A DNA stretch of 42,194 nucleotides from Myxococcota bacterium. GTDB lineage: Bacteria; Myxococcota; JACRCW01. Position 1 is the stretch's first letter. Each line of letters begins with the position of its first letter. The position numbers and the translations under genes were made by a program. The DNA lies in the NCBI GenBank assembly GCA_040752415.1, contig JBFMGU010000069.1, positions 1 through 42,194 of the forward strand, in the 5' to 3' direction. Under the pieces are notes generated by a model that saw only the letters and a program-made list of their open reading frames with translations, was not told where the DNA came from and searched no databases. Shown one piece after another: positions 1 through 10,023 of this stretch.

Positions 1-169
1 GGGAGAGGGAGGGGGAGGGGGAAAACCGGACCGTTGGACCGGAGAGCCCTACACAGCGGGATCGGGATCAGGATCGGGAGCGAGAGCAGGAAAGCGGGAC
101 GGGGGAACGGGGGACGCGGACCCGGGCTTGACGCCCCAGGTGGCACGCGTGAAAAGCAGTGCGCGTCCC

Positions 170-2089
170 ATGGCTTCCATCACCCGACCGTTCCGCGAAT
201 CCCTGGCAACCAAGCTGGGTGTGGCGCTGGTGGCGTTCGCGGTCTCGCTCAGCGGGCTGGGGGCGCTGCTGCTGGACCGCGAGGGCGTCAAGGCGGTGGA
301 CGAGAGCACCGTGGAGCACCTGGAGATCCTGGCCGGCGCGCTGGAAGGCAGCTTCCACGTCTTTGACCGGGACAAGGAGGTGCACCCGGTGGCGGACATC
401 CTGGCGGAGATCGGTCGCCACCCCGGCGTGGACGCGCTGCAGGTGTTCGACCACCAGGGTCGCATCCGCCACAGCCTCAAGGCCTCCGACCGCGGCCAGG
501 TCCTCCCGCCCGAGCTGCGCAACTCCTCCGCACAGAGCGTGGGTCAGGGTGAGGTGGCCATTGTGCGCCACTTCGCCGCGCGCGCGGCGTGCATGAGCTG
601 CCACGTGGACCAGAAGGACCTGGGCGGCGTGCGCATGGTGGTGGACCGCAGTCGCCTGCAGGCGGCGCTGTTCGAGCTGCGCTGGAAGACCGGCATCACC
701 GGCGCGGCCATCATTGGCACGGTGCTGCTGGTCATGATGCTGCTCACCCGTCGGCTGGTGACGCGCCCCATGCGCAAGCTGGCGCAGCTCATGGGTCACG
801 CGCAGGAGGGTGACTTCCTGGTGCGCGCCCCGGTGACCTCCCAGGACGAGATGGGCCTGCTGGCCCGTGCGTTCAACACCATGCTCGCCGCCATCACCGA
901 CCTGCGCGTGGCGGAAGTGGAGCGCAACCGGGAGAGCGCCACCGGCGCGGCGGAAGCGCGGCTGGCCGGTCAGCTCGAGGAGAAGAACCGGATCATCGCC
1001 GCCAAGAACCAGGAGCTGCAGGCCCGCCTGCGCGACCTCACGCTGCTGCAGGAAGTCACGCGCAGCCTCACCAGCACCCTCAGCCCCGACGAGCAGCTCA
1101 GCATCCTCTCCAAGCTGCTGTCCGAGACGCTGGGCTACCAGGAATTCACGCTGATGCTGGTGGACCGACCGGCGGGACTGCTCCGCGTGGCCGCCGCGCA
1201 CGGCTTCCCCGACGAGATGGGCATCCACGAGATGACCTTTGCCGTGGGTGAGGGCATTGCCGGCCTGGTGGCGCAGACCGGGCAGATGGTGATGGTCCCG
1301 GACACCAGCACGGACGCGCGCTACCTGCGCGACAGAGGGCGCTTCACGCCGCGCGGCTCCCTGCTCAGCCTGCCCATGATGAGCCACGGCATGGTGATGG
1401 GCGTGCTCAACGTCTTCAAGCCCCACGTGGACGCGTTCCGCCAGGACGAGGCGGAGCTGTTGCAAAGCGTGGCCAGCCAGGCGGCGCTGGGAATTGCCAA
1501 CGCCAGGCTCTTCCAGGAGACGTTGGAGCTCAGCCTCACCGACGCACTCACCAGCATGCCCAACCGTCGCGCGCTGGATGGACGGCTTGAGCTGGAGGTG
1601 ACGCGCGCGGAGCGTTACGGCAACGCGCTCAGCGTGCTCATGGTGGATGTGGATCACTTCAAAATGTACAATGACCGCCACGGTCACCTCCTGGGAGATG
1701 GCGTGCTCCGCGCAGTGGCCCAGACGCTTGCCCAGAGTGTTCGCAAGGCGGACACCGTGGCCCGCTTTGGTGGCGAGGAGTTCTGCATCATCCTGCCGCG
1801 CCAGGACGCCAAGAGCGCGCGGGAGGTGGGAGAGAAGCTGCGTCGCGCCGTGCGGAACCGCCAGTTCGACCAGGGTGAGACCCAGCCCGGCGGCTGCATC
1901 ACCATCAGCATTGGCGTGGCGAGCTATCCCGAGGACGGCAAGGACGTGAAGTCGCTGCTGGATGCGGCGGATGAGGCACTCTACGCGGCCAAGCACGCGG
2001 GAAGGGATCGCGTGGTTGGTGCGTCTGATGTTCGGAAGGAGTCCGCGGACGGGGGCAAGACCCCGGAGTCCGCGGGCCCGGTGGCGTGA
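170..2089 (+). CDS. Membrane diguanylate cyclase: TM - periplasmic c-type heme sensor (CxxCH) - TM - HAMP - GAF - GGDEF
   Basis: Two hydrophobic segments flank a periplasmic region with CMSCH (590-604). HAMP signature 'VTRPMRKL...DEMGLLARAFNTML'; GAF region; 'DVDHFKMYNDRHGHLLGD' and 'ARFGGEEF' with RxxD I-site (RKAD). ATG 170 preferred over TTG 128. Confidence 0.92.
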   Translation: MASITRPFRESLATKLGVALVAFAVSLSGLGALLLDREGVKAVDESTVEHLEILAGALEGSFHVFDRDKEVHPVADILAEIGRHPGVDALQVFDHQGRIRHSLKASDRGQVLPPELRNSSAQSVGQGEVAIVRHFAARAACMSCHVDQKDLGGVRMVVDRSRLQAALFELRWKTGITGAAIIGTVLLVMMLLTRRLVTRPMRKLAQLMGHAQEGDFLVRAPVTSQDEMGLLARAFNTMLAAITDLRVAEVERNRESATGAAEARLAGQLEEKNRIIAAKNQELQARLRDLTLLQEVTRSLTSTLSPDEQLSILSKLLSETLGYQEFTLMLVDRPAGLLRVAAAHGFPDEMGIHEMTFAVGEGIAGLVAQTGQMVMVPDTSTDARYLRDRGRFTPRGSLLSLPMMSHGMVMGVLNVFKPHVDAFRQDEAELLQSVASQAALGIANARLFQETLELSLTDALTSMPNRRALDGRLELEVTRAERYGNALSVLMVDVDHFKMYNDRHGHLLGDGVLRAVAQTLAQSVRKADTVARFGGEEFCIILPRQDAKSAREVGEKLRRAVRNRQFDQGETQPGGCITISIGVASYPEDGKDVKSLLDAADEALYAAKHAGRDRVVGASDVRKESADGGKTPESAGPVA

Positions 2090-2098
2090 AGGTCGCGG

Positions 2099-2956
2099 AT
2101 GGAGACGTTCCTCTCGGTGTTCCTGGTGGTGGTGGCTGGCGCCGCGCTGGTCTACGCGCCGCTGGGGGCGGGCAGTGCGCTGTGGCGTCGGGCGCGCATC
2201 CGTCGGGCCTACCAGGTGGACCCCGCGGAGCTGGACGCGGAGACCCGCGCGGAGCTGGCCCGGTTGCTCACCGTGGAGGCCGCCTCCGCCCATGACCGCG
2301 CCCGCCACGACGACGCCATCAAGGCGTGCCGCCAGATCCTGAGACTGGACCCGGAGGACCCCCAGGCGTCGCGGTTGCTCGTGGCCAGCCTGTTTGCCTC
2401 CGGTGAGTACGAGAACGCGCGGGAGTCCCTGGAACGACACCTGGCCGCCTTCCCGCGCGACGAGGCGGCCCGCCTGGTGCCCGCCGCCATTGCCTGCGAG
2501 AACGGGAATCTCGTCGAGGCGCGCGAGTACCTGGACGCCATGGACCCCAACCGCCTGGGCGAGCACGACCGCGCGCTGTGGTTCAACAACTACGCGTACA
2601 CCCTGGCGTCCCTGGGCGTGGACCTGGACCTGGCGCTGGAATACGGGCAGCGCGCGCTGCAGCTGGCCGCCGACGCGGACCGACAGTTCGCGCTGCGCAC
2701 CCTGGGCGTGGTCCACCTGGCGCGACAGGAGCCGCAGAAGGCCGAGTCACGGCTCCGTGAGGCGCTGGGACAGCGCGACTTCCTCCGGCCTGGCGACGTG
2801 GAATTCACGCACTACCACCTGGCCCTGGCGCTGCAGGGACAGAACAAGGCGGAAGAGGCACGTCGACACCTGGAGAAGCTGGTGGATGGCGTGACGCCGT
2901 TTGCGCAGAAGGCGCGTGAGCTGCTGCGGGGGTTGACCCTGCCGCGCGTGGCGTGA
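2099..2956 (+). CDS. Membrane-anchored tetratricopeptide repeat protein
   Basis: N-terminal hydrophobic helix, then TPR-like helical repeats ('WFNNYAYTLA', 'ALRTLGVVHL', 'HYHLALALQ'); starts 9 nt after the DGC stop. Confidence 0.8.
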   Translation: METFLSVFLVVVAGAALVYAPLGAGSALWRRARIRRAYQVDPAELDAETRAELARLLTVEAASAHDRARHDDAIKACRQILRLDPEDPQASRLLVASLFASGEYENARESLERHLAAFPRDEAARLVPAAIACENGNLVEAREYLDAMDPNRLGEHDRALWFNNYAYTLASLGVDLDLALEYGQRALQLAADADRQFALRTLGVVHLARQEPQKAESRLREALGQRDFLRPGDVEFTHYHLALALQGQNKAEEARRHLEKLVDGVTPFAQKARELLRGLTLPRVA

Positions 2957-2984
2957 TTCCCCCTCGAGAATGCGGGTTGCGTCC

Positions 2985-3836
2985 ATGGACAAGCGCGTGG
3001 GGCTGGTGACGTGCCTGCAGATGCCCGAACCCGACGGAGACCGCGAGGCGCTGCAGGCCGCGGTGGCGCGCCAGGGCGTGGCGGCGGATTGGGTGAGCTG
3101 GGATGACCCCGACGTGGATTGGGGCACGTATGCGCTGCTGGTGCTCCGCTCGACGTGGAACTACCACCGGTACCATGAGGCGTTCCTCGCCTGGGTGGAC
3201 CGCGCCGCGGCGACGACGAGGCTGCTCAACCCTGCGCACGTCGTGAAATGGAACTCACACAAGGGATACCTCGCGGAGCTGGACGCGCGCGGCGTGCCGG
3301 TCACACCGACGGAGCACCTGCGTCGGGGGAGCAGGATCAAGTTGGTGGAGGTGTGCGCGCGGCGCGGGTGGCGTGACGTGGTCATCAAGCCGGCGGTGAG
3401 CGCGGGGTCGTTCAAGACCATGCGCGGGGGGACTGGGAACATGGTGGAGGCGGAGGCGTTCCTCGTCGGGATGCTGGCGGAGCGCGACATGCTCGTGCAG
3501 CCGTATCTCACGTCGGTGGAGGAGCATGGGGAACGGTCGCTCATCTACGTTGACGGCGAGCTGACGCATTCCATCCGCAAGACGCCGCGCTTTGCCCATG
3601 AGCACGAGAAGGTGTCCGGGGCGATGCCCATTCCGACGGAGGAACGACAGGTGGCGGAACAAGTCATGGAGCCGCTGCGTCGGGAGGTGCTGTATGCGCG
3701 CGTGGACCTGGCGCGCGATGAGCGCGGGCAGCCGATGGTCATGGAGCTGGAGCTCATTGAGCCCTCTTTGTTCCTGATGGAATACCCGCCGGCGTTGGAA
3801 CGACTCGCCGACGCCATCGTGGCACGGGTGCGTTGA
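2985..3836 (+). CDS. ATP-grasp ligase (RimK/glutathione-synthetase-like, DcsG-like family)
   Basis: 'WDDPDVDW...LRSTWNY', 'KWNSHKGYL', 'VIKPAVSAGS', 'LVQPYL', 'YARVDL', 'MELELIEPSLF'. Alternative start 2970. Confidence 0.85.
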   Translation: MDKRVGLVTCLQMPEPDGDREALQAAVARQGVAADWVSWDDPDVDWGTYALLVLRSTWNYHRYHEAFLAWVDRAAATTRLLNPAHVVKWNSHKGYLAELDARGVPVTPTEHLRRGSRIKLVEVCARRGWRDVVIKPAVSAGSFKTMRGGTGNMVEAEAFLVGMLAERDMLVQPYLTSVEEHGERSLIYVDGELTHSIRKTPRFAHEHEKVSGAMPIPTEERQVAEQVMEPLRREVLYARVDLARDERGQPMVMELELIEPSLFLMEYPPALERLADAIVARVR

Positions 3837-3858
3837 GCGGGGTCGTCAGTGCACTGAT

Positions 3859-3978
3859 GGGAAAGCGGTATTGCAGACCGCACTCCCAAAGCGGCAAGCG
3901 CGCAGCGAAGACCGAGAGAAAGCGGCAAGCGCGCGACGAGGCCCGAGGGAAAGCGGTACTTCATACCGCAGTCCGAAA
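3859..3978. repeat. REP-like palindromic repeat cluster between convergent genes
   Basis: AAAGCGG occurs four times (3862, 3888, 3919, 3950). Two units form hairpins (GGGAAAGCGGT-attgcag-ACCGCACTCCC and GGGAAAGCGGTA-cttca-TACCGCAGTCC); the other two share AAAGCGGCAAGCGCGC. Confidence 0.7.
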
Positions 3979-3996
3979 GGGCTGGCGCCCGCGAAG

Positions 3997-4569
3997 TCAG
4001 TGCTTGACGTCGAGAAGCGTGCGGAAGCGGTCGGGGTTGCGCACGTGGTCACCACGCACCGCGCGCATCTCCAGGTGCCACGGCGCCTTCTCCAGGCTCT
4101 CCGGTTTGTTGGTCAGGTCCACCGGGGAATCAAAGCCGCACTCGACGAGAAGGTCCCCCAACAGCTCCGGCCAGTAGCCGAACTTGTGCAGGTCATACTC
4201 GTCCTGTTGCCAGCCGTAGATGCTGCCCATCCCCCAATAGCGCGCGTTCTTCCCGCTCTCCTTGGTGTACACACTCTCGTGCGTGCCCTCGAGCACTTGC
4301 TTGAAGTGCCACAACATGTTCGGGACGATGATGTACACGCTGCCACCCGGACGCAGCACCCGACGCCACTCCAACAGCACCTCCACCGCCTCCCGCAACG
4401 TGAAGTGCTCCAGCACGTGGCGGCTGTACACCTCCTCCAGGCTGCCGTCCTTGAACGGAAGTGACGTCGTCACGCCGCGCACGTCCAGGCCGGGGAGCGC
4501 ACGCACGTCCAGGTGGAGATAGCCCGCGCGCTGCTTCTTGCCCGCACCAACTTCAAGCTTCAACGTCAT
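3997..4569 (-). CDS. Class I SAM-dependent methyltransferase (Methyltransf_11-like)
   Basis: 'LEVGAG' motif I, 'LPFKDGSLEEVYSRHVLEHF', 'EWRRVLRPGG'. ATG 4569 overlaps the end of the glucosidase gene. Confidence 0.85.
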   Translation of the reverse strand: MTLKLEVGAGKKQRAGYLHLDVRALPGLDVRGVTTSLPFKDGSLEEVYSRHVLEHFTLREAVEVLLEWRRVLRPGGSVYIIVPNMLWHFKQVLEGTHESVYTKESGKNARYWGMGSIYGWQQDEYDLHKFGYWPELLGDLLVECGFDSPVDLTNKPESLEKAPWHLEMRAVRGDHVRNPDRFRTLLDVKH

Positions 4570-7231
4570 GCTTCTGTCCCACCGCCGCAGGTTGCCGTTC
4601 CTCGGTTTCACCGCGACCATACACGCGCATCAGCAGGTCACTCACCAACGCGGTCCATCCCGTCTGGTGGGAGGCGCCCAGGCCCTCGCCCGTGTCGCCG
4701 TGGAAGTACTCGTAGAAGTGGATGTGGTCGCGGAAGTGCGGGTCACGTTGGTAACGGTCGCGCTTGCCCCACACCGGACGACGCCCCTGCTCGTCGCGCT
4801 CGAAGATGCGCACCATGCGACGGCTGAGCTCACGCGCAATCTGCTGACAGTTCATCCGCGGGCCACCCTCCGTCGGGCAGGGAGCCTGGAAGCTGTCGCC
4901 GTAACAGCGGTGCAGGCGCAACAACGCGCGGATGAGCAGGTAGCTGGTGGGGAACCAGATGGGCCCGCGCCAGTTGCTGTTGCCGCCCTTGATGCGACTC
5001 ACCGCCTCGCCGGGCTCATACCCCACCTCCATGCCGTTGAACCGGTAGGGCTGGCGCTGGTGTTCCTTGGAGAGCGAGCGCGGGCCGTAGGCGCTCAGCA
5101 TCTTCTCCTCGGAAAGCAGCCGGTGCAGCACGCGCTCCAGCTTGGTGCGGTCCAGCAGTGACAACGTCACGCGACCGTTCTCCGCGCGAGTGAGACTCCC
5201 CGCGAGCTCCGGGTGTCGTCCCAGGAACCAGTGGAAGCGCCGCGCGAAGTTGGGCAGCTTGTCGAACACGTACGGTTCCAACACGTGCACCGCGAAGAGC
5301 GGGATGAGCCCCACCTGGCTGGCCACACGCAGCGGCTTGTGACCACGCCCCGGCATGGTGATGACGTCGTAGTACCAGCCCTCCTCGTCGTCCCAGAGCG
5401 CGGGCGTCTCCCGGTCACCCTCATTGATGGCCCGCGCGATGTACAGGTAGTGCTCGAAGAACTTGCTGGCCATGTCCTCGTACGCGCTGTTCTCGAAGGC
5501 GAGCTCCAGCGCAATGCGCATGAGGTCCAGGCAGTACATGGCCATCCACGCCGTGGCGTCGGCCTGCTGCAGCTTCCATCCGCCGGGCAGCTGCTCACTG
5601 CGGTCAAACAGCGAGATGTTGTCCAGCCCCAGGAAGCCGCCCTCGAAGACGTTGTTGCCCTCGCTGTCCTTGCGGTTCACCCACCACGCGAAGTTCACCA
5701 GCAGCTTGTGGAAGATGCGCTCCAGGAAGACGCGGTCACGCTTCCCCGTCTTGCGCGCCTCCGTCTTGTAGACCTGGAACGTGGCCCACGCGTGCACGGG
5801 CGGATTCAGGTCGCTGAATTCCCACTCGTACGCGGGGATTTGCCCGTTGGGATGCTGGTACCACTCCTTCACCATCAGCTTCAGTTGCGCCTTGGCCAGC
5901 TCCACGTCGACGTTGGCCAACGCCACGCAGTGGAAGGCCAGGTCCCACGCCGCGAACCAGGGGTATTCCCACTTGTCCGGCATGGAGATGACGTCAGCCA
6001 CGTTCACGTGCTGCCAGTGACGGTTGCGCCCTCGCAGCTTGCGCTCCGGCGGCGCGTCGTTGCGGTCTCCGCGCAGCCAGATGTCGACGTCGTAGTAGTA
6101 GAACTGCATGGTCCACAGCAGGCCCGCGCAGGCTTGGCGGTGGATGAGGCGCGCGTCGTCGGAGAGCTTGGGGCCCTGGATGTGCTCGTAGAAATCCACG
6201 CACTCCCGCGCACGGTCCGCCAGCACGTCGACGGTGTCCTTGAGCGGCTCCGCGTGCTGGTGGTTGGTGAGCCGCAGGTGGAAGGTGACCGTGCCGCCCG
6301 CCGGGACACGCGCCTGGTACCACAACGCGGCCTTGGTGCCGGTGTTCTCCGGGTTCACCGTCGCCTTGCGACCGTGGACCACGCGATCATGGAACGCGTC
6401 CTTCACGTACGGCGTGGTGTTGGGGACGTCGTAGAGGCGCTCCTTGTTGCTCTCGTTGTTGGTGAAGAGCAGCTCCGGTTTCCCGTCGTAATACAGGGAC
6501 CAGTTGCCGAGCGTGCGATGTGACGCCAGGAGGTGGTTGCTGCCCGCGGTGATCGACGGGAGGTCATGCGGACCGTCGGACCAGGCCCAGGTGTTGCGGA
6601 ACCACAGCGTGGGGAGCACGTGGATGGGCGCTTCCGTGGGACCGCGGTTGTGAACGCTGATGCGACAGTGGATGTCGTCGGGGCCGGCCTTGGCGTACTC
6701 GACGTACACGTCGAAGTAGCGGTCACCGTCAAACACGCCGGCGTCAATGAGCTCATACTCCCCCGCCTCATCCCGACGACGTGCGTTCTCGTTGACGAGC
6801 TCGACGTACGGGTATTCCGCCTGCGGGTACTTGTAGAGGTACTTCAGGTAGCTCGAGGTGGGCGTGGCCTCGAGGTAGTAGTAGAGCTCCTTGACGTCCT
6901 CACCATGGCTTCCCTCCGGGCCGGTGAGACCGAAGAGGCGCTCCTTGAGGATGACGTCCTTCTCGTTCCACAGCGCCAGCGCCAGGCAGAGGGTCTGGTC
7001 GCGGTCACAGATGCCGGCAATCCCGTCCTCACCCCAACGGTACGCCTTGCTGCGCGCGTCAATGTGCGTGAGGAAGCTCCAGGCGTCTCCTCGAGGAGAA
7101 TAGTCCTCCCGCACGGTGCCCCAGGCGCGCTCGGAGACGTATGGTCCCCACCTTCGCCAACGGCTGCGGCCTGCGCGGTTTTCGTTGAGACGTTCCTGTT
7201 CGACGACGACGGACTTGGGTGCCAATGTCAC
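4553..7231 (-). CDS. GH63/MGH1-like glycoside hydrolase (glucosidase)
   Basis: '[18 protein letters not shown]', '[19 protein letters not shown]', '[22 protein letters not shown]'. GTG 7231 overlaps the gnd stop (GTGA). Confidence 0.9.
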   Translation of the reverse strand: MTLAPKSVVVEQERLNENRAGRSRWRRWGPYVSERAWGTVREDYSPRGDAWSFLTHIDARSKAYRWGEDGIAGICDRDQTLCLALALWNEKDVILKERLFGLTGPEGSHGEDVKELYYYLEATPTSSYLKYLYKYPQAEYPYVELVNENARRRDEAGEYELIDAGVFDGDRYFDVYVEYAKAGPDDIHCRISVHNRGPTEAPIHVLPTLWFRNTWAWSDGPHDLPSITAGSNHLLASHRTLGNWSLYYDGKPELLFTNNESNKERLYDVPNTTPYVKDAFHDRVVHGRKATVNPENTGTKAALWYQARVPAGGTVTFHLRLTNHQHAEPLKDTVDVLADRARECVDFYEHIQGPKLSDDARLIHRQACAGLLWTMQFYYYDVDIWLRGDRNDAPPERKLRGRNRHWQHVNVADVISMPDKWEYPWFAAWDLAFHCVALANVDVELAKAQLKLMVKEWYQHPNGQIPAYEWEFSDLNPPVHAWATFQVYKTEARKTGKRDRVFLERIFHKLLVNFAWWVNRKDSEGNNVFEGGFLGLDNISLFDRSEQLPGGWKLQQADATAWMAMYCLDLMRIALELAFENSAYEDMASKFFEHYLYIARAINEGDRETPALWDDEEGWYYDVITMPGRGHKPLRVASQVGLIPLFAVHVLEPYVFDKLPNFARRFHWFLGRHPELAGSLTRAENGRVTLSLLDRTKLERVLHRLLSEEKMLSAYGPRSLSKEHQRQPYRFNGMEVGYEPGEAVSRIKGGNSNWRGPIWFPTSYLLIRALLRLHRCYGDSFQAPCPTEGGPRMNCQQIARELSRRMVRIFERDEQGRRPVWGKRDRYQRDPHFRDHIHFYEYFHGDTGEGLGASHQTGWTALVSDLLMRVYGRGETEERQPAAVGQKHDVEA

Positions 7232-8637
7232 CACTCCGTGTGGAAGTCACCGGGACGGTCGATGCGCTGGTAGGTGTGCGCACCAAAGAGGTCACGCTGG
7301 GCCTGGATGATGTTCGCCGGCAGGCGCTCTCGACGGAGCGAGTCATAATACGCCAGCGACCCGCCCGTGGTGGGCAGCGCCACGCCGTGCAGCGTTGCAA
7401 GCGAGACCACCCGACGCCACGCATCCTGCCGGTCCGCGAGCTCCTTGGCGAAGCCGGGGTCCAGCAGCAGGTTGGGCAGCTGCGCATCCTTGTCATACGC
7501 GGCCTTGATGCGACCGAGGAACTGCGCGCGGATGATGCAGCCGCCCTTCCAGATGCGCGCCAGCTCGCCGAGACGGAGCTCCCACTTGCGCTCATTGGAC
7601 GCGGTGCGCAGCAGGTTCATGCCCTGCGCGTAGGAGCAGCACTTGGCGCAGTAGAGGGCCTGGCGCACGTCGTCGACGAGGCGCTTCTGGTCAACGCCTG
7701 CCACGGGCCCGGGCGTGGGTCCCTTGAGGATGCCGGCGGCCTTCTCCCGCAGCGCCTTCTGCGCGGACATGGAGCGCGCATCCACCGACGAGGCAATGGT
7801 GGGGACCGGTGAAGCCAGCTCCGCGGCGTCCTGCACGGTCCACTTGCCCGTGCCCTTCATGCTGGCGGTGTCGACGATGACGTCGAGGAGGTCCTTGCCG
7901 GTGTCCACGTCCTTCTTGCGGAAGATGCGCGCGGTGATCTCGATCAGGAAGCTCTGCAGCTCACCCTTGTTCCACTCCTCGAACACCTCGCCCAGCTGCG
8001 CGTTGGTAAGACCGCCGAGCGTCTTGAGGACGTCGTAGGCCTCGGCAATGAGCTGCATGTCGCCGTACTCAATGCCGTTGTGCACCATCTTCACGTAGTG
8101 ACCGGAGCCGCCGGGGCCGATGTACGTGACGCACGGTCCGTCGTCGACCTGGGCGGCGATCTTCGTGAGGATGGGAGAGAGCGCCTCCCACGCGGCCTTG
8201 TCACCACCGGGCATCAGCGAAGGACCGTGACGCGCGCCCTCCTCACCACCGGACACGCCCATGCCCACGAAGTTGATGCCCTTGGGCTGCAGGCGGGCGA
8301 TGCGCGCTTCCGTCTTGGTGAAATGCTCATTGCCACCGTCGACGAGGATGTCGCCCGGCTCCAGCAGCGGGGCAATGGTCTCGATGGTGGATTCCACCGG
8401 CGCGCCGGCCTTCACCATCATGATGATCCTTCGCGGCCGCTCCAGCGACGCCACCAGCTCCTGCGGTGAGCGCGCACCGATGAACTTCTTGCCCTTGTTC
8501 TCGGCGACGAACGCGTCGACCTTCTCGACGGTGCGATTGAACACCGAGATGGGAAACCCCTTCTCCTCGATGTTGAGGGCGAGGTTCTCACCCATCACCG
8601 CCAGACCCACGAGACCAATCTTGCTCTTTTCCGTCAT
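7228..8637 (-). CDS. gndA: NADP-dependent 6-phosphogluconate dehydrogenase (decarboxylating)
   Basis: 'IGLVGLAVMGENLALN', 'GHYVKMVHNGIEYGDMQLIAE', 'KGTGKWT', 'QAQRDLFGAHTY'; GGAGGGG RBS before ATG 8637. Confidence 0.97.
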   Translation of the reverse strand: MTEKSKIGLVGLAVMGENLALNIEEKGFPISVFNRTVEKVDAFVAENKGKKFIGARSPQELVASLERPRRIIMMVKAGAPVESTIETIAPLLEPGDILVDGGNEHFTKTEARIARLQPKGINFVGMGVSGGEEGARHGPSLMPGGDKAAWEALSPILTKIAAQVDDGPCVTYIGPGGSGHYVKMVHNGIEYGDMQLIAEAYDVLKTLGGLTNAQLGEVFEEWNKGELQSFLIEITARIFRKKDVDTGKDLLDVIVDTASMKGTGKWTVQDAAELASPVPTIASSVDARSMSAQKALREKAAGILKGPTPGPVAGVDQKRLVDDVRQALYCAKCCSYAQGMNLLRTASNERKWELRLGELARIWKGGCIIRAQFLGRIKAAYDKDAQLPNLLLDPGFAKELADRQDAWRRVVSLATLHGVALPTTGGSLAYYDSLRRERLPANIIQAQRDLFGAHTYQRIDRPGDFHTEW

Positions 8638-8709
8638 GGAGGCCCCTCCGCCAGATGGATGCGAAGGACCATGGCCCGGCGAGGGGACCGACGGCAAGGC
8701 AAAACCGGT

Positions 8710-9735
8710 TCAGCCCGCGTCGTCCACCGATCCGTCGCGCACCGCGGCATCCTCGGGCTCACCCGCGTCCACGTCGGGAGACGCGTCCTCGGTCCCTGCG
8801 TCATGCGCCTCACCGCCGGACGAGCTGGTGGTGCCACCGCCAGAACCCGACGACGATGACGAGAAACCAACCTCCCCACTGGAGCTGCCCGCGGAGGTGC
8901 TCTCTTCCGGCGTGCCTCCGTCATCGTCGTTGCCCACCATGCCGCTGCTGCTGGACGACGACGACGTGCTGGACGTCTCCTCCCACCATCCCCCGCTGCT
9001 TGACGACGACGACGTGCTCCAACCGTCATCACCGCCGTCTCCCGAGGAGCGGTAGGTGCCGCCACCACAGCCACCGCCACTTCCGGAGGTCTCCGTGCCG
9101 CCGTCAGCTGTGCCGGTGCTGGTTGTCACGACGCCACAGGTTTCCTTCCGGACCAGCGGCTGGTTGCGGGTGACAGTCACCACGAAGTCGCGCACCTCCT
9201 CCGAGATCTCTCCGACGAAGAACGCCCAGCTGATGCGCCAGACCTCGACGGCACCGCGCATCTGCGACGAGCCGGCGGTACCGGTGAGGCGCAGGCGGTA
9301 ATGGAGCTGGCAGCGCGCCTCCGGGAAGCGGAGCCAGCAGTCCTTCGACGGACCAGCGACATAGACCTTGGTCAGCCCCGTCTCCGGCGAGATGTTGTCG
9401 GCGGGATCCTGGATGGTCTCCCCTTCACCAAAGACGATCTCCCGACGGAACTCGTCGCGGTCCGCGGGCCACATCAACATGTCCAGCACCTCCTCCTCGT
9501 CGGAGAAGAGGCTCCCGCGACTCCACGTGGCGACGACGTCATTCTGCGTACCGCTGATGCGGAAGGAGCTTTCACCATTCAGCTCCCACTGGCCCGTCAC
9601 GTCCATGGCCTCACACAAACGCCTGTCCGTCTCACCACAGCTCGCCGACTGCAGGAGCAGCCAGAAGCCCAGCCCCGCGGCAATCCGCCTTGACGCCCGC
9701 CCCGCACCACGCTTCGTCACCATGTTGTCGACCAT
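8710..9735 (-). CDS. Hypothetical exported protein or lipoprotein with Ser/Gly/acidic low-complexity C-terminus
   Basis: Basic N-terminus plus hydrophobic stretch ending 'LLLQSASC'; globular middle with several Cys; tail of Ser runs and DAG motifs. Start 9735 or 9723; the upstream ORF extension overlaps the opposite-strand gene. Confidence 0.7.
   Translation of the reverse strand: MVDNMVTKRGAGRASRRIAAGLGFWLLLQSASCGETDRRLCEAMDVTGQWELNGESSFRISGTQNDVVATWSRGSLFSDEEEVLDMLMWPADRDEFRREIVFGEGETIQDPADNISPETGLTKVYVAGPSKDCWLRFPEARCQLHYRLRLTGTAGSSQMRGAVEVWRISWAFFVGEISEEVRDFVVTVTRNQPLVRKETCGVVTTSTGTADGGTETSGSGGGCGGGTYRSSGDGGDDGWSTSSSSSSGGWWEETSSTSSSSSSSGMVGNDDDGGTPEESTSAGSSSGEVGFSSSSSGSGGGTTSSSGGEAHDAGTEDASPDVDAGEPEDAAVRDGSVDDAG
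8947..9018. repeat. Intragenic 24-bp direct repeat encoding STSSSSSS
   Basis: 8947-8970 and 8995-9018 match at 23/24 nt, 48 nt apart. Confidence 0.75.
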
Positions 9736-9763
9736 GTTCACCCCCGTGCATTCCGCGCCGCTG

Positions 9764-9779
9764 TGCAAACGTGAAGCCA
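9764..9779 (-). promoter_or_regulatory. Putative sigma54 (-24/-12) promoter for the 8710-9735 gene
   Basis: Minus strand TGGCTTCACGTTTGCA: GG-N10-GC spacing with TGGC and TTGCA, about 30 nt before ATG 9735. Confidence 0.6.
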
Positions 9780-9973
9780 CGTGCGCGTATGGCGGGAAAC
9801 GCGGCGTTGCCGCCGGGCGGGCGTGACGTTCGTGGCGGAGGTGATGCGCGCGAGCATCAGGTCCGTGCGCGTCCAGCACAGGGCATGACGTGGGACGCGA
9901 TGGGCGTTGTTGGCGACTCGTGTCGACGAGCGCGCACATCCGCCCCGGCGATGTTGAACGTGACGCGGGCGCG

Positions 9974-9989
9974 TGGCACCCCATTTGCT
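9974..9989 (+). promoter_or_regulatory. Putative sigma54 (-24/-12) promoter for the di-heme gene
   Basis: TGGCACCCCATTTGCT matches TGGCAC-N5-TTGCW exactly, 34 nt before ATG 10024. Confidence 0.75.
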
Positions 9990-10023
9990 CAAGGTCGCGC
10001 CGGTCTTTGAACCGAGGGGTCCC

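Noticed and set aside
141..157. TGGCACG as a sigma54 promoter for the cyclase
   Set aside because: No GC at the required 10-nt spacing.
68..2716. 882-aa minus-strand ORF and other long antisense ORFs (e.g. 5213-6523, 14870-16393, 26002-27396, 29167-30855, 39114-40781)
   Set aside because: They mirror well-supported genes on the opposite strand, have no recognisable motifs, and are expected in high-GC DNA.
2985..3836. ATP-grasp RiPP (graspetide) cluster
   Set aside because: No precursor peptide with repeated core motifs or dedicated transporter nearby; the enzyme resembles the stand-alone DcsG/RimK-like family.
3859..3978. Possible mini-CRISPR array
   Set aside because: The shared core is only 7-16 nt, the period is 26-31 nt, there are no proper unique spacers, and no cas genes are in the window.
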